A stretch of DNA of 64,000 nt, from assembly GCA_029553365.1 (NCBI GenBank), contig JAKPCG010000106.1:1130-65129 (forward strand), in the 5' to 3' direction. Under the pieces are notes generated by a model, which did no database searches, was not told the origin of the DNA, and saw only the letters and a list, made by a program, of their open reading frames with translations. Below are positions 37,896 through 46,252 of this stretch, one piece after another (positions within the stretch are counted from its first letter, which is position 1; every line of letters starts with the position of its first letter). Made by a program: the position numbers and the translations under genes. The DNA comes from Acidobacteriota bacterium. Lineage in GTDB: Bacteria; Acidobacteriota; Aminicenantia; Aminicenantales; Saccharicenantaceae.

Positions 37896-39677
37896 TCAGT
37901 CAGTAACTCCTGATTCTTTCGTCTGCCTGGCCAGGATCATATTTTCGGGCAATTTTTGCGGTGGCTCATGGTAATAAAGCAGGGCTTTGCGGGCTATTTC
38001 TCTGAAAACTGGAGCTGCTACCTGACCACCATACTGAGGACCTTTGGGTTCATCAATGACGACAATCATGGAAATCAGTGGATGGTCGGCCGGGGCGAAA
38101 CCAACAAATGAAGCAACATGCCTGGAAATAGAATAAGCTCTAAGAGCTGGATCAAATTTCTGAGCGGTACCGGTCTTGCCGGCCAGTTCATAACCATCCA
38201 GTCTGGCCTGGTTACCTGTACCTCTTTCCACAGCTGGCTTAAAAACCAGGTCCACCAACTCGCGAGCAGTTTTTTCTGAAATCACTGGCTGCCGAGATTC
38301 ATCTGACCTCAAACTGCCATCTGAGATGTTTTGCTGCGTATAGGGACCAATCAATCCAACTTTCGGTCTGACCAGATAGCCACCGGTCGCATAGACATTC
38401 ATTGCCCTGAGAATCTGCAGGGGAGTAGCAGCCAGTTCGTAACCAATAGCCACTCGCAGAGATGATTTTCTCCATTTTTCCAGCGGGTGGACGATGCCTG
38501 CTTCCTCACCGGGAAGATCTATCCCGGTTTTTTCGCCAAATTGAAAAGCTTTAAACATGTGGTAGAGATTTTTCTCGCCTATAATCTCAGCAATTTGAAT
38601 TGAACCGACATTAGAAGAATGAATGAACACATCGGGGAAGCTCAAAATACCCAGCCGGACATGATCTCTAACACTTGTCCCTCCAAAGGTCATGGAACCG
38701 GTGCGGCAATCATAATAAGTATTATAGCTGATGCCAGCCAGTTCCCGGGCGGCGGCCGCGGTGACCACCTTAGCTGTGGAGCCAGGCTCGTAAGTGTATT
38801 GAATAGCCCGGTTGACCATGGCTTCTGGCGGCGGAGGGAAATAGTTCGGGTCATAGTCAGGGTAGCTGGCCATGGCCAGAATTTCGCCGCTGGCTGGAGA
38901 CATGATGATAACTGTCCCCCAGCTGGCTTTGAATTTTTCTATGGCCTGCCTCAGTTCCTTTTCCGCCAGATACTGGAGATTGGAATCAATGGTCAGATAG
39001 ATATCCTGCCCGGGCTGGGTCTCTTTAATGGTCTCAATGTAGTATTCTTTCCGCCGGGCATCTCTCATAATGAGCTGCTGACCTTCTCGTCCCCTTAAGG
39101 CAGAATCATAGTAATACTCGACTCCGGCCAGTCCGGCATCGTCAATATTGACCCCACCCAGCACGTGAGCAGCCAGCCGCCCCTGGGGATAAAAGCGCTT
39201 ATTTTCATTGATCAGATAAATGCCACTCAGTTTGAGTCCTTTGATTTTTTCGGCCTGTTCCAGAGGGATTTTTCTCTTGACCCAGGTAAATCTTTTCCTT
39301 TTTTCTATCGAATTTACCAGGCGATTAATCTCTGTTTCAGACAGGTTCAGTATTGATTTCAGCTCATATATGGATTTGAGCTGGTCTTTTAAATCCTCAC
39401 CTCTGGTTGGTGAGAAAAAAATGGAGACGGCTGGCAGACTTCTGGCCAGAATCCGTCCCTGACGATCAAAAATTGTACCTCTTGTCGGCCAGATAGTAAT
39501 TAAATCCTGGTTCTGTTCAATAACTTCCTGCTTTAATTTTTTGTGATTCAAAACCTGAAGGTCGATTAATCTGAAGCCAATAACCAGAAACCAGGCCAGC
39601 AGAAAGATAAAGATCATCCTGGTTTTCTTCCGGTTCTGGCCGGAAAGGACTGGACTCCGGTCAACCACGATCTTCAT
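37896..39677 (-). CDS. ftsI: Peptidoglycan D,D-transpeptidase FtsI (class B PBP)
   Basis: N-terminal transmembrane segment and dimerisation domain; SXXK (EPGSTAKV), SXN (SSNV) and KTG (GKTGTA) transpeptidase motifs. Confidence 0.85.
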   Translation of the reverse strand: MKIVVDRSPVLSGQNRKKTRMIFIFLLAWFLVIGFRLIDLQVLNHKKLKQEVIEQNQDLITIWPTRGTIFDRQGRILARSLPAVSIFFSPTRGEDLKDQLKSIYELKSILNLSETEINRLVNSIEKRKRFTWVKRKIPLEQAEKIKGLKLSGIYLINENKRFYPQGRLAAHVLGGVNIDDAGLAGVEYYYDSALRGREGQQLIMRDARRKEYYIETIKETQPGQDIYLTIDSNLQYLAEKELRQAIEKFKASWGTVIIMSPASGEILAMASYPDYDPNYFPPPPEAMVNRAIQYTYEPGSTAKVVTAAAARELAGISYNTYYDCRTGSMTFGGTSVRDHVRLGILSFPDVFIHSSNVGSIQIAEIIGEKNLYHMFKAFQFGEKTGIDLPGEEAGIVHPLEKWRKSSLRVAIGYELAATPLQILRAMNVYATGGYLVRPKVGLIGPYTQQNISDGSLRSDESRQPVISEKTARELVDLVFKPAVERGTGNQARLDGYELAGKTGTAQKFDPALRAYSISRHVASFVGFAPADHPLISMIVVIDEPKGPQYGGQVAAPVFREIARKALLYYHEPPQKLPENMILARQTKESGVTD

Positions 39678-39970
39678 TTTTCTATCTCGCCCTCGAAAAT
39701 AATCTGCTCTGGTTTAACTTCCTGCAGGTTCAATTCATCTTTAGCCAGGCGGTCAATCCGGTCGGGAGACAGCAGCGCTTCTTTTTTGGCTTCCAGCAGT
39801 TTAATTTCTTCCTGGCGTTTTTCTAATTGGTTTTCCAGATCATGGATTTTATAGCCAAGTCTGATTGATTCACTCTGATACCAGATATAAAAGGTTATAT
39901 TGCCCAGGAAAAGAATGGCCAGCCCGGCCACCAGCAGTACATGTTTCCATGAGTATTTTTTTCTGACCAT
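39674..39970 (-). CDS. ftsL: Cell division protein FtsL (small bitopic coiled-coil protein)
   Basis: 98 aa with one transmembrane segment and a coiled coil (LENQLEKRQEEIKLLEAKKEAL). Conserved position between rsmH and ftsI; overlaps ftsI by 4 nt. Confidence 0.6.
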   Translation of the reverse strand: MVRKKYSWKHVLLVAGLAILFLGNITFYIWYQSESIRLGYKIHDLENQLEKRQEEIKLLEAKKEALLSPDRIDRLAKDELNLQEVKPEQIIFEGEIEK

Positions 39971-39972
39971 GG

Positions 39973-40875
39973 TCAGATCCTTTCCACCGCTCGCAATTTG
40001 GCCGAATGGCTGCGCGGATTGGCTTCAATTTCTTCAGGAGTCGGTTGGACTGGCTTTTTGGTCAGAATTTTTATAACCGGCTGATCTCTTTCTGACGAGG
40101 CCAGGCGCTGCCAGGCAGTCTTGACCAGCCTGTCTTCCAGGGAATGGAAGGAAATAACTGCCAGCCTGGTCCCTGGCAGGCACTTCCTGGCGAGTTCTTC
40201 CAGAAAAGTGTCCAGACCATCAAGCTCTTGATTGACCTCAATTCTCAGTGCTTGAAAAACCTTGGCTGCTGGATGGAGGCGGTTTTTCTGAGGAATCCAG
40301 TGATAGGTTTCTTCCACCAGCTTCCTCAAGTCAGTGGTTGTCTTTAACAGACCGAGTTTTCTTAAACTGACAATTTTCCTGGCCAGAAGCTTCGATTGAT
40401 GAAGTTCTCCATATTTCTTAAACAGTTCAGCCAGACGATCTTCCGGGTAAGTCATCAAAATTTTTTCAGCTGTAACTTTTTGTCTGGTATCCATTCTCAT
40501 GTCCAGTGGCCCTTCCAGATTGAAGCTGAAGCCGCGGGTGGGATCAGCCAGCTGGTAGGAAGATAGCCCCAGGTCAAATAGAGCCCCTTTGACTTCATTC
40601 CAGGGAATAAGGTCATCGAGCTCCAGCAGCTGGCGAAAATCAGCCTGATAGAGATTTATCCGCTCGGCATAATCCTTGAGCCGACCGGCTGCTGCCCGTA
40701 GCGAGGCTTCGTCCCGGTCAAAGCCAATAATCCGGGCGGAGGGATTTCTCTTTAAAATTTCCAGGCTGTGGCCGCCCAGCCCAAAAGTCCCATCGAGGTA
40801 GACTCCCGGCCTTGAAGCCTGAAGAAAAAACAGGGTTTCTTCAAGCAGAACCGGCGTATGCCCATAGCCTGTCAT
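39973..40875 (-). CDS. rsmH: 16S rRNA (cytosine1402-N4)-methyltransferase
   Basis: MTGYGHTPVLLEE...YLDGTFGLGGHS, the SAM motif of RsmH/MraW. Confidence 0.9.
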   Translation of the reverse strand: MTGYGHTPVLLEETLFFLQASRPGVYLDGTFGLGGHSLEILKRNPSARIIGFDRDEASLRAAAGRLKDYAERINLYQADFRQLLELDDLIPWNEVKGALFDLGLSSYQLADPTRGFSFNLEGPLDMRMDTRQKVTAEKILMTYPEDRLAELFKKYGELHQSKLLARKIVSLRKLGLLKTTTDLRKLVEETYHWIPQKNRLHPAAKVFQALRIEVNQELDGLDTFLEELARKCLPGTRLAVISFHSLEDRLVKTAWQRLASSERDQPVIKILTKKPVQPTPEEIEANPRSHSAKLRAVERI

Positions 40876-41354
40876 TCAGTCTTTCCTCGAGGGACAAGAC
40901 GGGCAATGCTTTCAAAATCCTCATCAGTCAGCGGTTTTTCCTCAATGACTGAATTAAGAACATCCTTATTCCAGATTTCTAAGTGATTATTCAGGCCAAT
41001 AACTTCTACCTCTGTGTTCAACCTGGCTTTTTCTCTCAGTGTCTGGTTGATTAAGACCCTTCCTTTAGCATCAATCTGATGGTGACTGCCCTTCAGATTT
41101 ACCCTCAATAAAAATTTTCTAATATCGGGCCGCAGGTGAAGAGCACCCTCGCTGGCCACACTGGTCATTTCTTCCCAGACTGACAGAGGATAAATCTGAA
41201 TAGCTTCATCAGTTAGAGAGGTGATAAAAACATCCTGGCCATACGCTTTTTCTATGATATCCCGGAACTTCTCAGGAATCTTCAGTCTTCCACTGGGATC
41301 AAGCCTGGCCGAGTAGCTTCCGATCAACTGGTTAGTAGCAACTTCTTTTCCCAT
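40872..41354 (-). CDS. mraZ: Transcriptional regulator MraZ
   Basis: Tandem SpoVT/AbrB-like domains with the DxxGR motifs (DPSGRLKIP and DAKGRVLI). First gene of the division and cell-wall cluster. Confidence 0.9.
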   Translation of the reverse strand: MGKEVATNQLIGSYSARLDPSGRLKIPEKFRDIIEKAYGQDVFITSLTDEAIQIYPLSVWEEMTSVASEGALHLRPDIRKFLLRVNLKGSHHQIDAKGRVLINQTLREKARLNTEVEVIGLNNHLEIWNKDVLNSVIEEKPLTDEDFESIARLVPRGKTE

Positions 41355-41358
41355 TTTG

Positions 41359-41376
41359 TCCCGTTTTATCCCGTTT
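41359..41376 (-). promoter_or_regulatory. Two direct repeats (AAACGGGA, 10-bp period) between the -10 element and the mraZ ATG; candidate MraZ operator
   Basis: Minus-strand sense reads AAACGGGAtaAAACGGGAcaaaATG. MraZ boxes elsewhere are short G-rich direct repeats with a 10-bp phase near Pmra. Confidence 0.35.
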
Positions 41377-41383
41377 GGTCTTA

Positions 41384-41412
41384 AATATAGAAAAGAAAAA
41401 TATAAAAGTCAA
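41384..41412 (-). promoter_or_regulatory. Pmra: near-consensus sigma70 promoter (TTGACT, 17 nt, TATATT) of the dcw cluster
   Basis: Minus-strand sense reads TTGACTtttatatttttcttttcTATATTtaagacc, 30 nt upstream of the mraZ ATG. Confidence 0.55.
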
Positions 41413-41471
41413 GAAAAAACCATCCCTGGAAATAAAATATTTTGGAGGGTAAAAAAAATGCCTGTCAGGCG

Positions 41472-42206
41472 CTATTGATCTGACTGAGAGGTAGTATAAT
41501 CCTCGAGCAGTTCTTTGGCCCGCTCAAAGTCCTTTTTCAGGACCAGCACCAGTGTTTCACCCAGTCCGTCCAGAGTAAAAGGGTAAATCGAATGGACAAT
41601 CTGTCCTTTAAGCAGACACATCACGCCATTACTTCCCAGAAAGCTCTTTATCACCTCAGCCTCGGCCAGGCTCCAGACCCGGGTTAATTCCACCAGATCC
41701 TCTTCCCTGAGCTCATCAGTTTCAGCGGTGGTTTCGGGCCATATTGATTCTGCTCCCTCGAGGCCAGTGAAATCACGGTAAATTTGCTGTTGTCTATCTC
41801 GCCAGGAAAAGTAATCTTTAAGGATCCGGCTGTGATCAAAGGCCAGTGGAAAAGTGATCTCTTCGCGGCTGAAAACTCTGGCCTGGCCGGCATCATCACC
41901 ACCCTGGGGCAGCCCTACGGCCGTCGCTATAAATACGGTTGAAATCGTATGGAACCGCGGGTCGCGGCTGGGGTCAGAATAAGTGTGAAATTGCTGAACA
42001 AGTCTGACCTCTAAAGAAGTTTCTTCTTTAGCCTCGCGGACAGCCGCTTCCTCCAGAGTCTCGCCGTATTCTACAAAGCCACCGGGGAGAGCCCAGCCCA
42101 GAGGTGGGTTTTTTCTTTCGATTAAAACCAATCCCACCCGGCTGTCCGGCAGCCTGATTTCTATAATCAGATCTACTGTTGGTAGCGGATGTTTTCTTTC
42201 AGTCAT
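41472..42206 (-). CDS. NUDIX hydrolase fused to a C-terminal DUF2007-like (putative signal-transducing) domain
   Basis: Nudix box [26 protein letters not shown], and a C-terminal ~70 aa ([25 protein letters not shown]...) resembling DUF2007. Confidence 0.7.
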   Translation of the reverse strand: MTERKHPLPTVDLIIEIRLPDSRVGLVLIERKNPPLGWALPGGFVEYGETLEEAAVREAKEETSLEVRLVQQFHTYSDPSRDPRFHTISTVFIATAVGLPQGGDDAGQARVFSREEITFPLAFDHSRILKDYFSWRDRQQQIYRDFTGLEGAESIWPETTAETDELREEDLVELTRVWSLAEAEVIKSFLGSNGVMCLLKGQIVHSIYPFTLDGLGETLVLVLKKDFERAKELLEDYTTSQSDQ

Positions 42207-42254
42207 CAGTTTGGTCAGCCTTCAAAGCTAAAATACAGGCTGAACCAGTAAAAG

Positions 42255-43355
42255 TCAATCAGAGATAACAAATCTTTTTTCGAGCTGTGTGAGCTTTTCC
42301 ACCACCCCACCGTATTCCAGCTCTGAATAGGGGAGCATCGAGGCCCCGCAAAATCCCTGACGTCTTATTTCTGTCGCTTTCCTGGCAACATCCAGCCTGA
42401 CCGCCTCCCAGTATGGATGATCAAAAACATCGGCCGGTTCTGATAATATGCCTTCTTTCATCGAAAAGGCTGCACCAGTAACTACCGGCGGGCCATCAAA
42501 ATAAGAAATAGTTGTGTTGAGCCGACAGGGCATCAATGGCCCGATATGGCTGCCACGCATAAATCCAGCTACGTAATGTCCGATATTAAAGGGAGCCAGG
42601 ATCTCGCCGGTAGCAGGAAACTCTCCCTGTGTTCTGACCAGAGCTACCGGGTCATCTTTTCCGGTATATTTTCCGGCGATATTATGAAGACGCTGGGTCG
42701 AAATGGCTACTGCTTGATGGCCGGTCGCCCGCGAAAAAATGCTTTCAATTACATACCTTTCTGTATCTCTGAGCAGAGCAGCCAGATCATACAGATCTTC
42801 TGGGACATGGAGTTCGATGGTTTTATTCTTTTCAACATAGCCAACGTCCATTACCCTGAATTTGAATCCCTGGCTTATCTTGGGACTGAGAATTAACCCG
42901 GAACAATACATGGGGTCAGCAAAGGCCAGATAAAAGGGGAGATTGTAAGCACCGGGATCAGTTTTGTCGGCAGCAAAAAAGATAAAAGCTTCGTTTTCTC
43001 TTTCTTCAATCTCTAATTCAGCCACAGCCGGACCCATTCCCTTGACATTGCCCGAAAAAGCATCCTTCAGCAGATCCTGTCCGGCGCCATACAGGCCGCT
43101 CTTTTTGGCGACCTCCGTTCCGGCTAGAAAAGCTTCCCAGGCCAGGCGGTGGATATCGGAATGACCGGCGCCCTTGGTATGGGTGCACAGAATAGCGATG
43201 TCATCTCCGGTAGAACTCAGATAATAATCGATGAGCAAATTCCTGGCCTGTGAATCAACATAGCTTCTAACTGCCTCTATTACTTTCTGGCTGGGCTTGA
43301 TGTGCCCGCCTATACTTCCAATATCAGCTTTTAAAACACTGATGGTGATTTTCAT
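42255..43355 (-). CDS. fbp: Bifunctional fructose-1,6-bisphosphate aldolase/phosphatase (class V FBPase, archaeal type)
   Basis: MKITISVLKADIGSIGGHIKPS... matches the FBP aldolase/phosphatase family N-terminus across the full ~365 aa. Start moved to this ATG, which has a GAGGAGG RBS. Confidence 0.85.
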   Translation of the reverse strand: MKITISVLKADIGSIGGHIKPSQKVIEAVRSYVDSQARNLLIDYYLSSTGDDIAILCTHTKGAGHSDIHRLAWEAFLAGTEVAKKSGLYGAGQDLLKDAFSGNVKGMGPAVAELEIEERENEAFIFFAADKTDPGAYNLPFYLAFADPMYCSGLILSPKISQGFKFRVMDVGYVEKNKTIELHVPEDLYDLAALLRDTERYVIESIFSRATGHQAVAISTQRLHNIAGKYTGKDDPVALVRTQGEFPATGEILAPFNIGHYVAGFMRGSHIGPLMPCRLNTTISYFDGPPVVTGAAFSMKEGILSEPADVFDHPYWEAVRLDVARKATEIRRQGFCGASMLPYSELEYGGVVEKLTQLEKRFVISD

Positions 43356-43390
43356 AAAATACCTCCTCGGATCTTTTTCTGACAAGAAAG

Positions 43391-43420
43391 ATTTTAAATG
43401 GATAGAATGAAAAAAGTCAA
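43391..43420 (-). promoter_or_regulatory. Candidate sigma70 promoter for fbp (TTGACT, 18 nt, TAAAAT)
   Basis: Minus-strand sense reads TTGACTtttttcattctatccattTAAAAT, about 30 nt before the RBS. Confidence 0.45.
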
Positions 43421-43537
43421 CTTAAAATTTTTATATAACCTGGCCAGGTAGAAAGGAGGAGGTGACTTGCCAGTGATGGCTTAATACCATCATTGAGTTT
43501 GAGGTCGAATCGTTAAGGGCAGGGGTAATGTGGTCAG

Positions 43538-44788
43538 CTAATATTTAAACAAAACCAGCGGAAAAGATAGTAGCCAGACGAGGTTGGAGGTCTGCTGCTT
43601 GAATTCATCCTGGTATTTTTCTTTTAAAGGTTCTGCCGGCTGAAATTTCCAGCTAAGAGGATTAACATACTGGCCATGGTAAATAAGGCGGTAATCAAGG
43701 TGAGGACCGGTAGATTCACCGCTTGACCCGACATAGCCAATAATCTGCCCACCCTTAACCCTGGCTCCCTGGTAAATTCCTGGCCCTAAACGGCTTAAGT
43801 GTAAATACATTGTTTCGTAAGAATGGCTGTGCTTGATTTTAACCATCCGGCCGGCTCCACCATTCCAGCCAGCAAAGGTCACAACTCCATCAGCCGTAGC
43901 TTGAACTGGAGTTCCAACCGGAGCGGCGAAATCGACCCCATAATGGGGACGGTAAATTTTCCTGATCGGATGTAAGCGCCTCATACTGAACCTGGATGAA
44001 ATCCTGGTATATTTTAGCGGTGACTTCAAAAACTCGCGCCGAAGTGAATTCCCCCTGGAGTCAAAATAATCTGTCTGGCCAGAATCAGAATTGGTGAAAC
44101 GATAAGCCTCATACAGCCGACCTTGATTGAAAAAATAAGCAGCTTGAATCTGTTCGTAGCTGCTGAAGCGGCCATTGATATATTTTTTTTCGACCAGCAG
44201 CCGGAAGGCATCTCCTTTTCTGAGGTCGATATAAAAATCTATTTGCCAGCCAAAGATATCGGCCAGCATCAGAGCCAGAAGATCCTGTTCACCTGCCTTA
44301 TTTACGGCCGAAATAAGTGAATCCTCAATGATTCCTTCTATCAGAACCAGCTGTTTTTGAACCGGGTAATTAACAATTCTAGCTGTTACCTGCTCTGGCC
44401 TGAGATTGATATCAAGATAGCGTTCAGCATCAAGATCCAGCTGCAGTCCAATTAACTGATTTTCCTGTTTAAGAAGCCTTAACTCCCGACCGGCCGGAAT
44501 CCTGGCCAGATCATAGACTGGCTTAACCTGATTGCGGATTGATAATACCCGGGCGACACTTAACCCTCTGGTTGTTAAAAGGTCCGTGATTGTCTGACCG
44601 GCAGGCACGATGATTTTCTCTACCTCAACTGGAGGTTCAGATAGAACAACGTCAGCTGACGGAAATTTAGCTTCCTTCTTTGTTGATTGCCTCCTGTGAT
44701 CAGAGGAGAAAAAAAGGATTAAGATGATGGCCACTACCAGACAACAAAATAAAGTTATCCTTCTGGCTTTCCTGTGATTCATCTTCAC
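43538..44788 (-). CDS. M23-family peptidoglycan DD-metalloendopeptidase (membrane-anchored)
   Basis: HYGVDFAAPVGTPVQATADGVV...GSSGESTGPHLDYRL, the M23 HxxxD and HxH motifs. N-terminal transmembrane segment. Confidence 0.8.
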   Translation of the reverse strand: MKMNHRKARRITLFCCLVVAIILILFFSSDHRRQSTKKEAKFPSADVVLSEPPVEVEKIIVPAGQTITDLLTTRGLSVARVLSIRNQVKPVYDLARIPAGRELRLLKQENQLIGLQLDLDAERYLDINLRPEQVTARIVNYPVQKQLVLIEGIIEDSLISAVNKAGEQDLLALMLADIFGWQIDFYIDLRKGDAFRLLVEKKYINGRFSSYEQIQAAYFFNQGRLYEAYRFTNSDSGQTDYFDSRGNSLRREFLKSPLKYTRISSRFSMRRLHPIRKIYRPHYGVDFAAPVGTPVQATADGVVTFAGWNGGAGRMVKIKHSHSYETMYLHLSRLGPGIYQGARVKGGQIIGYVGSSGESTGPHLDYRLIYHGQYVNPLSWKFQPAEPLKEKYQDEFKQQTSNLVWLLSFPLVLFKY

Positions 44789-44810
44789 CGTTAAGCTCGA
44801 GAAATTGAGA

Positions 44811-45587
44811 TTAATGATTTTGATCAGCTGTCTTCAACGGCTTTTCAGCCTGCCGTTTTTTCAGCAACTTCTTTTTGCTCAGAGTCCACAGATAATTAAA
44901 AGGCCCGGACAGGACATTAAATGTTAAGCCAATGAGTAAGAGGTATTTTGGTTTGAACAGCAAACCACCAATAATAACAGCCAGAGCCAGGGCACTTTTA
45001 ATATCAATTGGCCGGTTAACAAAGTAGTTAATAAAATTATGGTAGCGAATAGAACTGACCATCAAGAGGCTGATGATTGCCACCATGATAGCCATATAAA
45101 TAGCTACCATCGGATCATAATTTGGGGCAGGGTGGAAGATGACCAGAGCAGCGATAAAAACTGAAGCAGAAGGAACGGTCAATCCCTGGTAGTATTTCTT
45201 GTCAGGAGCACTTTTAGTTTTTACATTGAATCGGGCCAGTCTTAACAGGCCAGCCGCGGCAAAGAGAAAACTGAAGAAAACACCAGCATAATGAGCTGGC
45301 TTCAGCGCCCAGAAATAAATAAGCAATGAGGTGGAGGTAGCAAAAGAAACAGCATCAGCCAGAGAATCCAGCTGCAGGCCGAATTCGGAAGAACTTTTGG
45401 TAGCTCTGGCCACCAGACCGTCCAGGCCATCAAGACAGGCCGCAAAAATGATCCACAGGGCTGCCCAGCGGTACTTGCCATAAAAAGTAGCAGTTAAACT
45501 CAGAAAACCTAAAAATACATTGGTCAGAGTAAACAGGCTCGGCAGAAAATATATTTTGGGAACAGTCTTTTTAATCTTGACTTTCAT
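44811..45587 (-). CDS. pssA: CDP-diacylglycerol--serine O-phosphatidyltransferase (CDP-alcohol phosphatidyltransferase family)
   Basis: DGLDGLVARATKSSSEFGLQLDSLADAVSF matches the D(x)2DG(x)2AR...G(x)3D(x)3D motif. Confidence 0.8.
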   Translation of the reverse strand: MKVKIKKTVPKIYFLPSLFTLTNVFLGFLSLTATFYGKYRWAALWIIFAACLDGLDGLVARATKSSSEFGLQLDSLADAVSFATSTSLLIYFWALKPAHYAGVFFSFLFAAAGLLRLARFNVKTKSAPDKKYYQGLTVPSASVFIAALVIFHPAPNYDPMVAIYMAIMVAIISLLMVSSIRYHNFINYFVNRPIDIKSALALAVIIGGLLFKPKYLLLIGLTFNVLSGPFNYLWTLSKKKLLKKRQAEKPLKTADQNH

Positions 45588-46212
45588 TTTTAATTTCTCC
45601 TATGACCGTCAACCCGCCTTTGACCTTTTGTCCCGGGCTGACTTTTAGCTCAATGCTGGTCGGCAGATAAAGATCAACCCTCGAGCCAAAGTACATTAAC
45701 CCGATTTTCTGACCGGCCTCAACTCTATCTCCGGGCTTAACATAGCACTTAATTCGTCTGGCGGCAACTCCGACTGTTTGTTTTAAAATCAGCTGGCCGA
45801 CTTCGGTTTTTAGCAACAGAGTATTTGATTCATTCTGGCTGCTGGCTTCCTCCCGATAAGCGGGAAAAAATTTTCCAGGCTGATAATCAACTTTAACAAT
45901 CTCGGCCCCCAGGGGTGAACGCGTGAAATGGACATCAAGTAATGAAAGGAAAATACTGATCTTCTGACCCGGTCCGGCTATCTCTGCCTGGCTATCAAAA
46001 GGTTCTATTTTCAAGACCTGTCCATCAGCTGGTGACAGAACAAGCCCGGGCTCAGCTGGCGGCTGGCGTAACGGATCACGGAAAAAAAAGGCGAAAGCTA
46101 CAGCCAGAAGAAAAAAGAAAATACTTCCTGCCCACCAACCTGGAACCAACAGCCCAGCAGCCATGATTAGTGGCGGAAGATAGAAAACGAGGCCTTCTGC
46201 TGCCAGTTTCAT
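45571..46212 (-). CDS. psd: Phosphatidylserine decarboxylase proenzyme (short, archaeal-type Psd)
   Basis: ...GDRVEAGQKIGLMYFGSRVDLYLP, with the G-S-(T/R) self-cleavage site. Overlaps pssA by 17 nt. Confidence 0.8.
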   Translation of the reverse strand: MKLAAEGLVFYLPPLIMAAGLLVPGWWAGSIFFFLLAVAFAFFFRDPLRQPPAEPGLVLSPADGQVLKIEPFDSQAEIAGPGQKISIFLSLLDVHFTRSPLGAEIVKVDYQPGKFFPAYREEASSQNESNTLLLKTEVGQLILKQTVGVAARRIKCYVKPGDRVEAGQKIGLMYFGSRVDLYLPTSIELKVSPGQKVKGGLTVIGEIKNESQD

Positions 46213-46252
46213 CGTTTCTGCTCTTTTCCAGTCATACCATCTTTAATATAAG

